Of a stretch of DNA of 64,000 bases, positions 37,801 through 45,536 are shown in pieces. Source of the DNA: Candidatus Dojkabacteria bacterium (GTDB lineage: Bacteria; Patescibacteriota; Dojkabacteria; SC72; JAHDCA01). A model generated the notes under the pieces. The model saw only the letters and a list, made by a program, of their open reading frames with translations. It did no database searches and was not told the DNA's origin. Position 1 is the stretch's first letter, and each line of letters begins with the position of its first letter. Position numbers and translations under genes: made by a program. The stretch covers positions 279,175 through 343,174 of the forward strand of contig CP129478.1 of the NCBI GenBank assembly GCA_030583845.1, read 5' to 3'.

Positions 37801-40685
37801 ACTATCATATCCTCCAGTATATATAGACTCTCAAAGCCGCTAAGAACGCCTGTGCTATTTACAGTCAAATCACCCTGAATGGTCAGATCACCACTGCCCG
37901 AGAGAGTCCCCTGCAGTGATATTGCTGCTGTGACGACTGCATCGCCCCCGAGTGGTAATGAACAGCTAGACGCTACGGTTTTCGTACTCGTGTGATTAAA
38001 GCTCACGAGATTGAAAGTTGAATTATTACAATTAATACTGCCTGAGATTCCGTCAAAGGTAAGTACCCCTCCGTTATGATTAAATGATCCAGACCCACTT
38101 ATGGTGAAAGAACCGGAGACGGACATTGTATTTGAAGATGCTGTCATACTCCCACCACTGACTGATACCGAGGTAAGATCAGCAATCGGCGGCAAGGTTA
38201 TGCTTCCAGAGCTTACTGCAACAGTAGTCGCTGCTATACCTGTCATTATCGATGTGTTAAACGTCCCACCTGCGATGGTAATAGAGTTCATCGAACCATT
38301 ACTGAAACCGCTTACCACTCCACCACTATTCACTGTGAGTATCCCCATTGCTGTAAGCGTACCACTCCCACTCACATTACCGTTGACTGTCAAACCGCCG
38401 GAGTTGTTTACCCCAACGGTGGGATTATTTCCTAATGCAATAGTGCAGGTGGAGGATATAGTCTTAACCCCTGTATTGCTAAAAATTACCTGATTAAATG
38501 ACACACTGTTACAGTTGAGTGTTGCAGTGCTGCCATCAAATATTATCGTCCCACTATTGTGGTTGAATACAGCACTACCTGAGATGGTAAGCGCGCCTGC
38601 TAAGTTAAGTGTCGAGGATGAGGCTGTAAAGGTTCCGGCGCTCATGGAAAGAGTTCCATTTATATCTGCAACTGGGGGTAAAGTTACGCTACCTGAAGTC
38701 ATAAGCAGCTGACCTGAGAGGGTCAAACTACTTATCCCGCTGAGATTCAGAGTGGCACCAGATACAGTCAAGCCGCCACCTGAGATGCTAGAGAATCCAC
38801 TAAAACTAGCGCCACTGTTGAGAGTAAATAGTGAACCAGTAGGAAAGGTCAAAGTACCAGTTCCACTTAAGGTACCTGCCACCGTTAGCCCTCCGTTTCC
38901 GAGTAGAGTTGGGTTGTTCCCAAGTGGTATTGTGCAACTTGATGAAATAGTCTTACTGCCACTATTGTTAAACGTCACAAGGTTAAACAGTTTCCCTCCG
39001 CAGGTTACTGTCCCAGAGCTACCCGTAAAGCTTACTGTACCGTTATTGTGATTAAAGGTTGAGCTAGCGTTAAAGTTTATACCTCCAGTAATAGTCATAG
39101 TCCCAGATGGGGCGGTAACATTTGCAGCTGCATTTAGGTTCAGTGTACCGAAACTCGTCCCAGACGGTGGTAACACGATTGTCCCATTAACTATTAGCGA
39201 CGAGGTGGAAACAAACGATGTGTAGCTACTAAAATCGCCGTCTACAACAATTAACGATGCTATGGCAAGTCCACTAAAGCCACTGAAAACTGAACCTGCA
39301 GAAGCAGTCATACTCCCATTGTTTTTAGTAAAAGTTCCAGTGCCACTCAAAGTACCATACAACTGGATAAATCCAGATGCTGTGGTTGTGTAATTGTTTC
39401 CTACTGGTAGGGTACAATCACTGTTGAAAGTCCGGCTTGAGCTACTTGTGATTTGCACAGTGTTGAAGGTTACATTTCCACACGCAATCACAGCTGATGA
39501 CGACCCATCAAAAATTACAATTCCACTGTTGTTATTAAATGTTGCAGCGCTGTCGATTGTTACCGCATTGCCTAGGTTCGTATTACCGGACGAGGCAGTA
39601 AAAATTGCGCCACTATTAAGCGTAACCGTACTATTTGCATCAAAGTTGAAACTGTTCGCACTATATGTACCTGCGGACTGAGTATAGGCACCATTCATAA
39701 TCAGGGCTCGTCCCTGGGTTACTACTCCGCTATACCCAGCATTAATACTTACAGCCGTTATAGTACCACCAAAAGAGCTGTCTACCGTAGAATTTTTACT
39801 GCTTGTACCATCAAATATTACTGAGTCCGCTGAGGTAGGACACACATCGGTGCTCCAGTTAGTACACTCGCTCCAGTTCTCCGTAGCTCCACCACCATCC
39901 CAGGTGTAGGTAGCCGCTTTCGCCGGAGATCTAAAAAAATTAAAAAACTCATACGAGGATAACGATACTAGAACAACCTGCGCACAGAGGAAAAGAGTGA
40001 AGGTGAGGGTGACAGCTAACGCCGGATAGGCTCGAACTCTGGATAGCCTTAGATCGTCTTTGCGCTGAGGGACATTGAGATCCTTGTCGCCCCGGGAGAT
40101 CAGAAAGTAGAGTATCGAGAGAAAGAAGGTCGTTATTACCTGGTAGAAAATCCAATTCGCTCGCAGGATAGCTTTGGAGATAGGACCGTTACCCTTCTGC
40201 GCCATGTCAGCGGACTGATTTGAGAGGTGAGCATACCTGTATGCTTGCGAAGCAATATACTTAACAAATCGGAACCATCTCGAGCCATCCTCCACTCTGC
40301 CCTCTACTAGTGAAGAGATCTCATTGATAAGCCTGTCGAGAAAATCGGAGTCGTCTTTATCCAGTACTACATAATCGCTGGGAAGATCACCCAGTTTCTG
40401 ATTTGCCGCGGTCAGTACTACCACCTTTTTTGATGACTCGTTAAGTACCTTGTTGGTTCTCACATACTCTATTATTTCTAATCCACCATACTGAGGGAGT
40501 GTCGCATCGATTACTATGATCTCTGGATGGACTACATATAGATAGCCGAGACCGTCCATGCCGTTAGAGCATGTATAGATATTTAACTTCTCCTTGCGAA
40601 ATGAGGAGTAGAGCAGGTTTTTCAGTACAAGCCGTATGACAGAATCGTCTTCTATTAATACTATATTTACGGAATCCCTTCCCAT
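34896..40685 (-). CDS. Giant 1929-aa protein: N-terminal CheY-like receiver domain, TM segments, about 1300-aa tandem beta-helix-like repeat region, Pro/Glu linker, further TM segments and two PEGA/CarboxypepD_reg-like domains
   Basis: REC residues in place (IEDD, VIDATLP, VVLTAAN, LDKDD). TM candidates ILRANWIFYQVITTFFLSILYFLI and AYPALAVTLTFTLFLCAQVVLVSL. Six or more repeats of about 150 aa around FNHNNGT[VI]xFDG…C…N…C…LP[LV]GN. EPEPEPEPEP linker. Later TM helices and domains such as VRVYDDFGRLV…GVYNLYL…GRYRIDAVKTGYRF and GVEITLIEEGTDKTVQKVITDEQGRYRI. Confidence 0.6.
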   Translation of the reverse strand: MGRDSVNIVLIEDDSVIRLVLKNLLYSSFRKEKLNIYTCSNGMDGLGYLYVVHPEIIVIDATLPQYGGLEIIEYVRTNKVLNESSKKVVVLTAANQKLGDLPSDYVVLDKDDSDFLDRLINEISSLVEGRVEDGSRWFRFVKYIASQAYRYAHLSNQSADMAQKGNGPISKAILRANWIFYQVITTFFLSILYFLISRGDKDLNVPQRKDDLRLSRVRAYPALAVTLTFTLFLCAQVVLVSLSSYEFFNFFRSPAKAATYTWDGGGATENWSECTNWSTDVCPTSADSVIFDGTSSKNSTVDSSFGGTITAVSINAGYSGVVTQGRALIMNGAYTQSAGTYSANSFNFDANSTVTLNSGAIFTASSGNTNLGNAVTIDSAATFNNNSGIVIFDGSSSAVIACGNVTFNTVQITSSSSRTFNSDCTLPVGNNYTTTASGFIQLYGTLSGTGTFTKNNGSMTASAGSVFSGFSGLAIASLIVVDGDFSSYTSFVSTSSLIVNGTIVLPPSGTSFGTLNLNAAANVTAPSGTMTITGGINFNASSTFNHNNGTVSFTGSSGTVTCGGKLFNLVTFNNSGSKTISSSCTIPLGNNPTLLGNGGLTVAGTLSGTGTLTFPTGSLFTLNSGASFSGFSSISGGGLTVSGATLNLSGISSLTLSGQLLMTSGSVTLPPVADINGTLSMSAGTFTASSSTLNLAGALTISGSAVFNHNSGTIIFDGSTATLNCNSVSFNQVIFSNTGVKTISSTCTIALGNNPTVGVNNSGGLTVNGNVSGSGTLTAMGILTVNSGGVVSGFSNGSMNSITIAGGTFNTSIMTGIAATTVAVSSGSITLPPIADLTSVSVSGGSMTASSNTMSVSGSFTISGSGSFNHNGGVLTFDGISGSINCNNSTFNLVSFNHTSTKTVASSCSLPLGGDAVVTAAISLQGTLSGSGDLTIQGDLTVNSTGVLSGFESLYILEDMIVSGPTLNLSGYSGLDIAGTLTFSSGTLTLAENSAFGDFTFSGGNLIASAGTTTLRGQMQVTGTTTFDHNNGTIHFDNTAYEPIDCENFVFNHVTFGLDSILGIANNCSLPVGNDPVLPNGAINLYRYDLGGASLTGTGTLTKGGDTLYLAELSQDPGGFFSGFDSLNIDNLTVSTTTVTDLSGSTSFNSDVMVEVSSHLMLPATSTVSQLVINYNGTLTAPSDELIVTGDLTNSGIFNHNNGTVIFDGGATILTGNYQFNNIEVLPNIATFQVLEGSVITVEGMTTIAGTENNHIDLVSVTPGQPWYIDPQGSRNIQYVDVSDSVNNSPTAIQLLGTGSNLGNNVGWNFGIPVTTDLGEGAVIDGEFSVNTAPVFAFAISDEDSTDTVQYRIQIDDSEDFSTPVVDFTSAPLAQGSYTFTVGQAPSGGTYAVGNEGQVLGDSTYYWRVGGYDPTLYPVVYSTANEGEVAFGVDTIPPVGELFITDNSGSSNIRDIVILIPAIDTGSGVAEIMISEGEEFIETEWEQYEANLEYRTTATGSVTINVRLRDAVGNLSEVYSETVLISNSEPLPPEPEQDPEPEPEPEPVPGAEPDDGEEPAAPANNGSGRQTTSQPQSIIGRAGEAIVETTGRVVEEWEEGEYDLVTSGVATAASAGYILLFIPEIPGMALRFWIALLNFLKSRKRESFGIVYDAQDKAPLNNVIVRVYDDFGRLVDTDVTRYNGVYNLYLDNGRYRIDAVKTGYRFPARTIKTSTDGIYQSLYLGGVFSHKKDYSVDRAVPLDRAESGWSTVLVNVAQSGFVNALFIVLRILLVLGMVLSGLVLITSPSWLNFTFFLLYLIPVSLLIIQSMLKSGYTYGVVRSVKGNRLAGVEITLIEEGTDKTVQKVITDEQGRYRIVSFAGIYRLEFNGEHKVVKGKVKYTINKKLDLITGNFKLQPPEDNWTGSTESGVMRRVDSPQSVSPTQITA

Positions 40686-40826
40686 TGCATTGTAGGCAGA
40701 TTATTTTGGTTATACAGGATAATGTATTTCCTTGATGAATTCAACGAATCATACAGTATGATCTTGGGCATATTCGCGTACACGACAACCAACTTTATCA
40801 CCACAGATTAAAGCAGAAAAAATTGT

Positions 40827-40855
40827 TTGACCAGCGCCGAAATATCACCTATAAT
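40827..40855 (+). promoter_or_regulatory. Sigma70-like promoter TTGACC-17-TATAAT upstream of rpmG
   Basis: Seen directly. Confidence 0.5.
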
Positions 40856-40886
40856 CACTCACGAATCATTTTTCACGATATTCCCA

Positions 40887-41060
40887 ATGGCTAAGAAAAC
40901 AAAAAAGACCGTTCTCGGCTTGAAATGTGAGGGTTGCGGGAAGAGACATTACACTATCTACAAGCCGAACAACCAGGAAAACAACGAAAAGTTGAAGATT
41001 AAAAAGTATTGTCCTGAAAGCCAGAAACACGAGTGGCAGACAGAGACAAAGCTTAGTTAG
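40887..41060 (+). CDS. rpmG: 50S ribosomal protein L33
   Basis: MAKKTKKTVLGLKCEGCGKRHYTIYKPNN…KYCPESQKH, the bL33 zinc-ribbon pattern. Start at MAKK is preferred over the extended ORF. Confidence 0.8.
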   Translation: MAKKTKKTVLGLKCEGCGKRHYTIYKPNNQENNEKLKIKKYCPESQKHEWQTETKLS

Positions 41061-41155
41061 TCAGTTTGCTCTTTAATTTAAGAACCTAAGCCCCCCCGAC
41101 CACTTGACGGTAATGGTTACACCGTATTTGGTAGAGATTGGGTCAAGTGGTCGGG

Positions 41156-41229
41156 GGGCCCATAGTTTCAATCGGTTAAAACAGCGGTCTCCAAAACCGT
41201 AGTTCTCCGTTCGAGTCGGAGTGGGCCTG
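41156..41229 (+). tRNA. tRNA-Trp (anticodon CCA), discriminator G, no encoded CCA
   Basis: GGGCCCATAGTTTCAATCGGTTAAAACAGCGGTCTCCAAAACCGTAGTTCTCCGTTCGAGTCGGAGTGGGCCTG, preceded by a 17-bp-stem hairpin. Classic position upstream of secE-nusG. Confidence 0.8.
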
Positions 41230-41339
41230 TATTTTAGTAGGCTCAATCGATGAGAGCTGGGCGTACTAGAGGTTTTTGGAGTTAGATTGCTAAGCCGGAG
41301 TTAACAATAAGTCAGTTACAGTTAATTAAGAGTCTAATT

Positions 41340-41516
41340 ATGTTACAGAGAATTAAAAATGTAGTTGCAGAGTTGAGAAAGGTAACCTGGCCTACGAGGC
41401 GAGAGACATTCTTCCTACTCGTGTACACAATGATACTCTGTGGTATAGTTGCACTCATAATCTTGGGTCTGGACGTGGTATTTTTTAACATCAGAGAGAC
41501 CTTACTAAAGTTATAA
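41340..41516 (+). CDS. secE: Preprotein translocase subunit SecE (58 aa, below the ORF-track cutoff)
   Basis: Own translation: MLQRIKNVVAELRKVTWPTRRETFFLLVYTMILCGIVALIILGLDVVFFNIRETLLKL. It has the SecE consensus (E…KVxWP…E) plus one TM and lies between tRNA-Trp and nusG. Confidence 0.65.
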   Translation: MLQRIKNVVAELRKVTWPTRRETFFLLVYTMILCGIVALIILGLDVVFFNIRETLLKL

Positions 41517-41525
41517 TTGAGAGAG

Positions 41526-42188
41526 ATGGCAAATAAGAAAGTGAAAAACGAAGTAGAAATGGAAAATGCAGGTGATCTGCAGATTGTAGATAATTCTGCA
41601 GCAGTCGATCAGGCAGTTGAAGCACCTGCAGCTGAGGCAGAGCCAGCAGCCAAGAAAACAAATCCAAAGTGCAAATGGTATGTATTGAGCACAAGGACAG
41701 GCTATGAGAATAGCGTGTCAGAGGCTCTAAAGCAGCGTGTCGAGGCTTCTGGCCTTGACGACATGGTTGAGCAGATCCTAGTACCAGTACAGAAGAAGAT
41801 CGTCGTAAAGAAGGGCAAGCAGACAGTTAAAGAAGAGAAGATCTTCCCAGGCTATGTGCTTATCAAGATGGAGTTGAACCAGAATACATGGAGCATCCTT
41901 TCAAATACTGAAGGTGTACGCGGCTTCGTAAAGACTGACAAGCACCCTCGCCCACTCCCAGAGAAAGAAGTCGAAGCAATCATGAAATTCATGGAGGTTG
42001 AGCAGCCTGCTTACCAGGCATCGTTCAGCGTCGGTGAGGCCGTTAAGATTGTGGATGGAGAATTCACAGACTTTATCGGTAGCGTGAAGGAGATCGACGA
42101 GTCGAAGGGTAAGGTGAAGATAATGATCACATTCTTCGGCCGCGAGGTGCCAATTGAATTAGAATTCTCGCAGGTAAGCAAACTTTAA
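41526..42188 (+). CDS. nusG: Transcription termination/antitermination factor NusG
   Basis: NGN domain (WYVLSTRTGYENSV, FPGYVLIKM) and C-terminal KOW (KIVDGEFTDFIGSVKEID). Confidence 0.9.
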   Translation: MANKKVKNEVEMENAGDLQIVDNSAAVDQAVEAPAAEAEPAAKKTNPKCKWYVLSTRTGYENSVSEALKQRVEASGLDDMVEQILVPVQKKIVVKKGKQTVKEEKIFPGYVLIKMELNQNTWSILSNTEGVRGFVKTDKHPRPLPEKEVEAIMKFMEVEQPAYQASFSVGEAVKIVDGEFTDFIGSVKEIDESKGKVKIMITFFGREVPIELEFSQVSKL

Positions 42189-42193
42189 GCTCT

Positions 42194-42236
42194 ACCGCTA
42201 ACTTATAGTGCGCTTCGCACTATAAGTTAGCGGTAA
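42194..42236. repeat. REP-like tight hairpin ACCGCTAACTTATAGTGCG ctt CGCACTATAAGTTAGCGGT just after the nusG stop
   Basis: Seen directly. No U-tract follows. Confidence 0.8.
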
Positions 42237-42275
42237 GCGATTGTAGTAGTTAAATATTTTATACATAAAACAGAA

Positions 42276-42710
42276 ATGGCAAAAGAAATAGTAAACAAAA
42301 TGAAGTTCACGATCCCAGCCGGACAGGCCACTATGGCTCCTCCGCTCGGACCTGCGCTTGCTCCTACAGGTATCAACACCCAGGAGTTCATCACCAAATT
42401 TAATGAAGCAACTCGCGAGGGTCAGGGAGTCCTCACACCAGTAATCATCACAATCTACGATGACAGGACATTCACACTCGAGTATAAGACACCTCCTGTA
42501 TCTGAGCTGATCAGACGAGAATTGAAGCTTAAGAGTGGCTCAGCCACACCAAACTTGAAGAAGGTTGGTAAATTGAGCAAAGAACAGGTTCTCAAGATCA
42601 TCGAGATAAAGAAGCCCGACCTGAACAGCATTAGCGAAGAGAGCGCCTACAATATTATTGCGGGAACAGCTAAGCAGATGGGCGTAGAAGTAGCACCATA
42701 CTCGAATTAA
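42276..42710 (+). CDS. rplK: 50S ribosomal protein L11
   Basis: MAKEIVNKMKFTIPAGQATMAPPLGPALAPTGIN…. Confidence 0.9.
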   Translation: MAKEIVNKMKFTIPAGQATMAPPLGPALAPTGINTQEFITKFNEATREGQGVLTPVIITIYDDRTFTLEYKTPPVSELIRRELKLKSGSATPNLKKVGKLSKEQVLKIIEIKKPDLNSISEESAYNIIAGTAKQMGVEVAPYSN

Positions 42711-42781
42711 TACTCCTTCGCTAAAGCTACGGAGTATTGTTAACATAATTAGCGGCATAAATTTTAGACAGATTTACAAAA

Positions 42782-43477
42782 ATGGCAACAAGAAGCAAAC
42801 AGTACCAGAAAATGAAGAAGGCAGCCCCAGCTCCAGACCAGGAGTTTGCACTTAAGGATGCAGTGGCAGCAGTAAAGAAGCTTTCATACTCAAAGTTTGA
42901 CGGCACAGTAGAGCTGCACATCACCCTTAAGCTCCCTAAGGATACAGACATGAAGTCGCTTAAGGGCTCAGTCTCACTCCCCCACTCTACAGGCACCAAG
43001 GATGTTAAGGTCGCAGTTTTCTGCACACCAGATAACGAAGCAGCCGCAAAAGAGGCAGGTGCGGACATGTACAACATGGAGCAGCTGATCAAGGATGTAA
43101 AGGGTGGAAAAGTTGATTTTGATGTTGCAATCGCAACTCCAGATGTAATGCCTCAGATCGCTATGCTCGGTAAGGAGCTTGGACCTCGAGGATTGATGCC
43201 AAACCCTAAGACAGGCACAGTAACCGACGATGTCGCAACAGCAGTATCAGAGTATAAGAAGGGTAAGCTAACATTCAAATGCGACGACAGCGGCAACATG
43301 CATTTCCCAGTCGGCAAGATCTCGATGGAGGACGAGCAGATTGTGGAGAATATAATGGCAGCAGTCGCAGCAGCCTCCGATGTGGTTGGTCGCCGACCAG
43401 CCCAGCTCGTATCGAAAGCTCACCTCGCCCCTACCATGGGAGCAAGTGTGAAGGTTCGATTTGAGTTTGAGGATTAG
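42782..43477 (+). CDS. rplA: 50S ribosomal protein L1
   Basis: uL1 motifs …GSVSLPHSTGTKDVKVAVF…. Confidence 0.9.
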   Translation: MATRSKQYQKMKKAAPAPDQEFALKDAVAAVKKLSYSKFDGTVELHITLKLPKDTDMKSLKGSVSLPHSTGTKDVKVAVFCTPDNEAAAKEAGADMYNMEQLIKDVKGGKVDFDVAIATPDVMPQIAMLGKELGPRGLMPNPKTGTVTDDVATAVSEYKKGKLTFKCDDSGNMHFPVGKISMEDEQIVENIMAAVAAASDVVGRRPAQLVSKAHLAPTMGASVKVRFEFED

Positions 43478-43664
43478 TTAGCCCGATTCCGCTGAATTAA
43501 CACTTTACGATTAGGCAGATCAGTGCTATACTCCCTTCAGCCAAAGACGTAAGGTATTTCGCAGCTGGCAGCTAGACTCCAGCCCGAATATAAAACCATA
43601 CCAGGCTAACGCAGTACCCTACTCGGGAGCTGCACAAAGATTCAAATTTACAAAATAAATAATA
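43478..43664 (+). promoter_or_regulatory. rplJ leader region (possible L10 autoregulatory leader)
   Basis: 187-nt non-coding gap between rplA and rplJ, the position of the L10(L12) leader in other bacteria. Structure not verified. Confidence 0.3.
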
Positions 43665-44195
43665 ATGGCAAAGAGTAAAGACCAGAAAACGGCTCTTTTA
43701 GAGCAGTACAAATCACTCCTTACAGAGAATAAGGGATATATCGCCGTCGACACCGAGGGTGTAGATACAACAGCTGTAACTGAGCTCAAGAAGAAGCTCA
43801 GAGAGATCGGCTCAACCGTAACTGTTGTTAAGAACAATATCTTCAAGATCGCACTTGATGAGACCAAATCACCTGTTGAGACAAAGGATTTCGACTTCCA
43901 GACAGCTGTCATCACCTACGATGCCGACCCTACCGTTGTTGCCAAGCTTATCAAGGATGTCCAGAAGGACACTGAGAAGTTTGAGGCACGATTTGGTGTG
44001 GTTGAGGGCAAATTTGTTGAGAAATCAAAGGTCATGGGTCTTGCAGAGATCCCTTCGAGAGAAGAACTACTCGCAAAGATGCTTGGTTCTATGATTGCAC
44101 CTGTATCTGGCGTGATGAATGCAGTGACTGGTAATGTTCGAGGGTTTGCTCAGGTATTGAGCCAGCTCGGTGAGAAGGGCGAGCAGAAAGCGTAG
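43665..44195 (+). CDS. rplJ: 50S ribosomal protein L10
   Basis: uL10 N-terminus MAKSKDQKTALLEQYKSLL…. Confidence 0.9.
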   Translation: MAKSKDQKTALLEQYKSLLTENKGYIAVDTEGVDTTAVTELKKKLREIGSTVTVVKNNIFKIALDETKSPVETKDFDFQTAVITYDADPTVVAKLIKDVQKDTEKFEARFGVVEGKFVEKSKVMGLAEIPSREELLAKMLGSMIAPVSGVMNAVTGNVRGFAQVLSQLGEKGEQKA

Positions 44196-44205
44196 CATTT
44201 AACAC

Positions 44206-44250
44206 TGTCCGCTAACTCATAGTGAGATACTCGCTATGAGTTAGCGGACA
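44206..44250. repeat. REP-like tight hairpin (GTCCGCTAACTCATAGTGAG / CTCGCTATGAGTTAGCGGAC) after rplJ
   Basis: Seen directly. One mismatch in the stem. Confidence 0.75.
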
Positions 44251-44283
44251 AAAGCTAATAATTTAATTTATTTACACATTAAT

Positions 44284-44685
44284 ATGGCAGACGAAGTAAA
44301 GAATCTTCCAGAGCTTTCAGAGAATGGCCAGAAAGTGCTCGAAATGGTTGAGAAAATGACCGTTCTTGAGCTTGCTGACCTCGTGAAGGTTATGGAGGAC
44401 AAATTCGGTGTAAGCGCAGCAGCTCCAGTAGCAGTTGCAGCAGCTCCAGCAGCAGCTGGTGAGGCAGCCGAGGAGAAGTCTATCTTCAATGTTGTCCTCA
44501 AGGATGCAGGTGCCAATAAGATTGAGGTTATCAAGGTTGTGAAAGATGCAACCGGCCAGGGTCTTATGGAGGCAAAGCAGCTTGTTGAGGCTGGTGGTAC
44601 CATCAAAGAGGGTGCACCAAAGGAAGAGGCTGAAGCTCTCAAAGCATCTCTGGAAGCAGCAGGTGCAACAGTTGAGCTTGCTTAA
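44284..44685 (+). CDS. rplL: 50S ribosomal protein L7/L12
   Basis: Ala-rich hinge and C-terminal domain …[27 protein letters not shown]…. Confidence 0.9.
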   Translation: MADEVKNLPELSENGQKVLEMVEKMTVLELADLVKVMEDKFGVSAAAPVAVAAAPAAAGEAAEEKSIFNVVLKDAGANKIEVIKVVKDATGQGLMEAKQLVEAGGTIKEGAPKEEAEALKASLEAAGATVELA

Positions 44686-44699
44686 TAGCACAATACTAG

Positions 44700-44750
44700 A
44701 TCACCCCGCTAACCTATAAGTCGATGCGACTTATAGGTTAGCGGGGTGAT
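44700..44750. repeat. REP-like tight hairpin ATCACCCCGCTAACCTATAAGTCG atgc GACTTATAGGTTAGCGGGGTGAT after rplL
   Basis: Seen directly. Confidence 0.8.
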
Positions 44751-44826
44751 TCCTTAGTTGCAACCTCTACCCTTCTATCCTACAATGCATTTAGCTATTT
44801 ATTAATTTCCTTACACATAGCCGTAA

Positions 44827-45486
44827 ATGATGGATTTCACACAGTGGGTTACAGACATTGGAATGACAGAGCAGATGCTACTTATGCTGCTCTATATTCC
44901 TGTGATCGTCACTCTTATTAACTTCACCAGGTATGTGGTTGGATTTAAGACTTTGGGAATCTATGCCCCAATGGTTCTAGCATATGCCTATATCTTCACC
45001 GGGATACGTTTCGGTTTACTTATCACCGCTGCGGTAATCGCTGGAACTCTCATCACCTACTCTATCTTCAAGAAGGTGAGAATGCACTATATCTCCAGAA
45101 TCTCTGTCAACTATATATTGGTAACCTTTTTCATTATCTTCGTGATTGCTTTTAATGAAATTTCGCCATTCCCCATCACTACTGAGAACCATAACGTTGC
45201 TACAATTCCACCACTTGGTGTGATCTTGATCGTAACTCTTTCTGACTTCTTCATTAAACAGTATGTTAAGAAGGACCTGGGTAGCTCACTTAGAGCTGTG
45301 GCCGAGACTGTAGTCATCGGTATTGCTGGCTGGGCACTCCTAAGACTCCCATTTCTACAGGTATTTATCCTAGATAACCTATGGCTGCAGCCGATCCTCT
45401 TAGGGGTAAATATTGCACTTGGTAAATATACAGGGGTAAGATTTAAAGAGCTCTTCAGATTTCAACGGGTTATTAAAGACGAGTAA
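44827..45486 (+). CDS. Seven-TM integral membrane protein (no catalytic motif), first gene of the ATP-grasp locus
   Basis: 219 aa with about seven hydrophobic helices. Its position immediately upstream of a RimK-like ATP-grasp mirrors the 7TM partner of RLAN-type amidoligase systems (family assignment unverified). Confidence 0.5.
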   Translation: MMDFTQWVTDIGMTEQMLLMLLYIPVIVTLINFTRYVVGFKTLGIYAPMVLAYAYIFTGIRFGLLITAAVIAGTLITYSIFKKVRMHYISRISVNYILVTFFIIFVIAFNEISPFPITTENHNVATIPPLGVILIVTLSDFFIKQYVKKDLGSSLRAVAETVVIGIAGWALLRLPFLQVFILDNLWLQPILLGVNIALGKYTGVRFKELFRFQRVIKDE

Positions 45487-45536
45487 GCGTCTAAAGCATA
45501 TTTAACCTTTTCACTTAATCATTTCCATCTACAAGC

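Noticed and set aside
35263-39681. Numerous 60-130-aa plus-strand ORFs inside the giant minus-strand gene
   Set aside because: They are antisense to a continuous 1929-aa ORF with clear domain content. Their repetitive low-complexity translations mirror the sense-strand repeats.
41491-41694. 67-aa minus-strand ORF overlapping secE and the nusG start
   Set aside because: Antisense to the well-supported secE and nusG coding sequences, with no motif.
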